NCBI RefSeq assembly: GCF_000485595.1
Contig: NW_014577082.1
Location: 123,376 to 160,203, forward strand
Origin: Priapulus caudatus
Lineage: Eukaryota
Direction: 5' to 3'
Length of the DNA: 36,828 nucleotides
Part shown: one piece after another, positions 35,971-36,828 of the stretch
Position numbering within the stretch: the stretch's first letter is position 1
Layout: each line of letters opens with the position of its first letter
Notes under the pieces: model-generated
The model's database searches: none
Told to the model about the DNA's origin: nothing
What the model saw: the letters and a program-made list of their open reading frames with translations, nothing else
Made by a program: the position numbers and the translations under genes

Positions 35971-36628
35971 TGCGTAGGGCTAAAAACCCAAGTGTGACTA
36001 AAACTGTTGGTGACCAACCTGACGTGAGGGCTAAAATGACGTGTGACTAACTGGTGTTGGCTGAATCCTGAGTGGCGGCCTTAGGACAGGTGTGACTAAA
36101 CTGTGGTTGGCTGATCACTGAGTGAGGGCTAGACAGTGTGAGTAGACTGGTGTGGGTGACAAACTGAGTGAGGGGCTAGACGTGTGACTAAACTGTCGTG
36201 GCTGATCACTTGAGTGAGGGCTAGACAGTGTGAAGGATAATGTGTGGGTGATCACTTGAGTGCAGGGCTAGACGAGTGTAAACTGTGTGGGACCTTGTGA
36301 TCGCTGAGTGATGCTGTCGAGAACCGTAGTGAGTAACCGTGTTAGTGGGTGATCACCTGAGTTACGGGTATCTGTACTAACTGTGGTGGGGGTGATCAAC
36401 TGATTGAGAGCTGTACAGTGTGAGTTACTGTGGGTGATCAGCTGAGTGAGGGCTATACCTGTGTATCCAGTGGTTGGTGATCACTGAGTGATGTATACAG
36501 TGTGAGTTACTGCGTGGGTGTTGGGTTGATCACTGAGGTGACGGGTGCTATACTGTGCTAACGTGTGCATGATCACTGGGTGAGGTTTATACAGGTGTGC
36601 AGTAAACTGTGTGAGCGTGATCGCTGAG
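35971..36628. repeat. Degenerate minisatellite of about 45 bp (ctgagtgagggctagacagtgtgactaaactgtggtgggtgatca)
   Basis: About 14 noisy head-to-tail units. Confidence 0.88.
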
Positions 36629-36828
36629 CGGATTCAAATGATGATGATGATGATAGACTGATAAATGATGATGATGAATCGAATGCTGAAGATGGTTACT
36701 GAAGGTGAAGATGAGATGAGGATAAGATGGAGATGGAGCAAAAAAGAAGTATGAAGGACTAATATAATAATAAAAATCATAATATAAAATTACTGGATTG
36801 AATCCCTAATGTCCCAGTTGGACCGGCC

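Noticed and set aside
35971..36628. Second possible repeat-spacer array
   Set aside because: The variation is indel noise across a single unit of about 45 bp, not distinct spacers.

Overview
This is repeat-rich animal (probably invertebrate) nuclear DNA from a draft assembly, not prokaryotic sequence. It has three N gaps, and several stretches carry dense single-base indels typical of unpolished long reads. Nearly all ORFs in the track are translations of (CGTG)n, (TG)n, (GA)n or (TATC)n microsatellites, or of N gaps. What can be supported: (1) a minus-strand, splice-bounded exon at 14992-15237 which, once about 10 indels are allowed, encodes about 2.5 tandem C-x4-C C2H2 zinc fingers that no single-frame translation shows, plus weaker candidate exons on the same strand; (2) many non-autonomous DNA transposons: PIF/Harbinger-type MITEs, four copies of a TTAA-flanked Kolobok-like element, two Helentron/HINE-type elements, a foldback element around a GA microsatellite and several tiny TIR elements, including a nested composite at 5717-7560; (3) a non-LTR reverse transcriptase fragment present twice; (4) minisatellites of about 18, 23, 45 and 64 bp; (5) several kb-scale direct and inverted duplications, at least some probably assembly artefacts. 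I found no CRISPR array, rRNA or tRNA, and no evidence for a wholly new biological system. The best leads are the indel-masked zinc-finger gene and the nested transposon composite.
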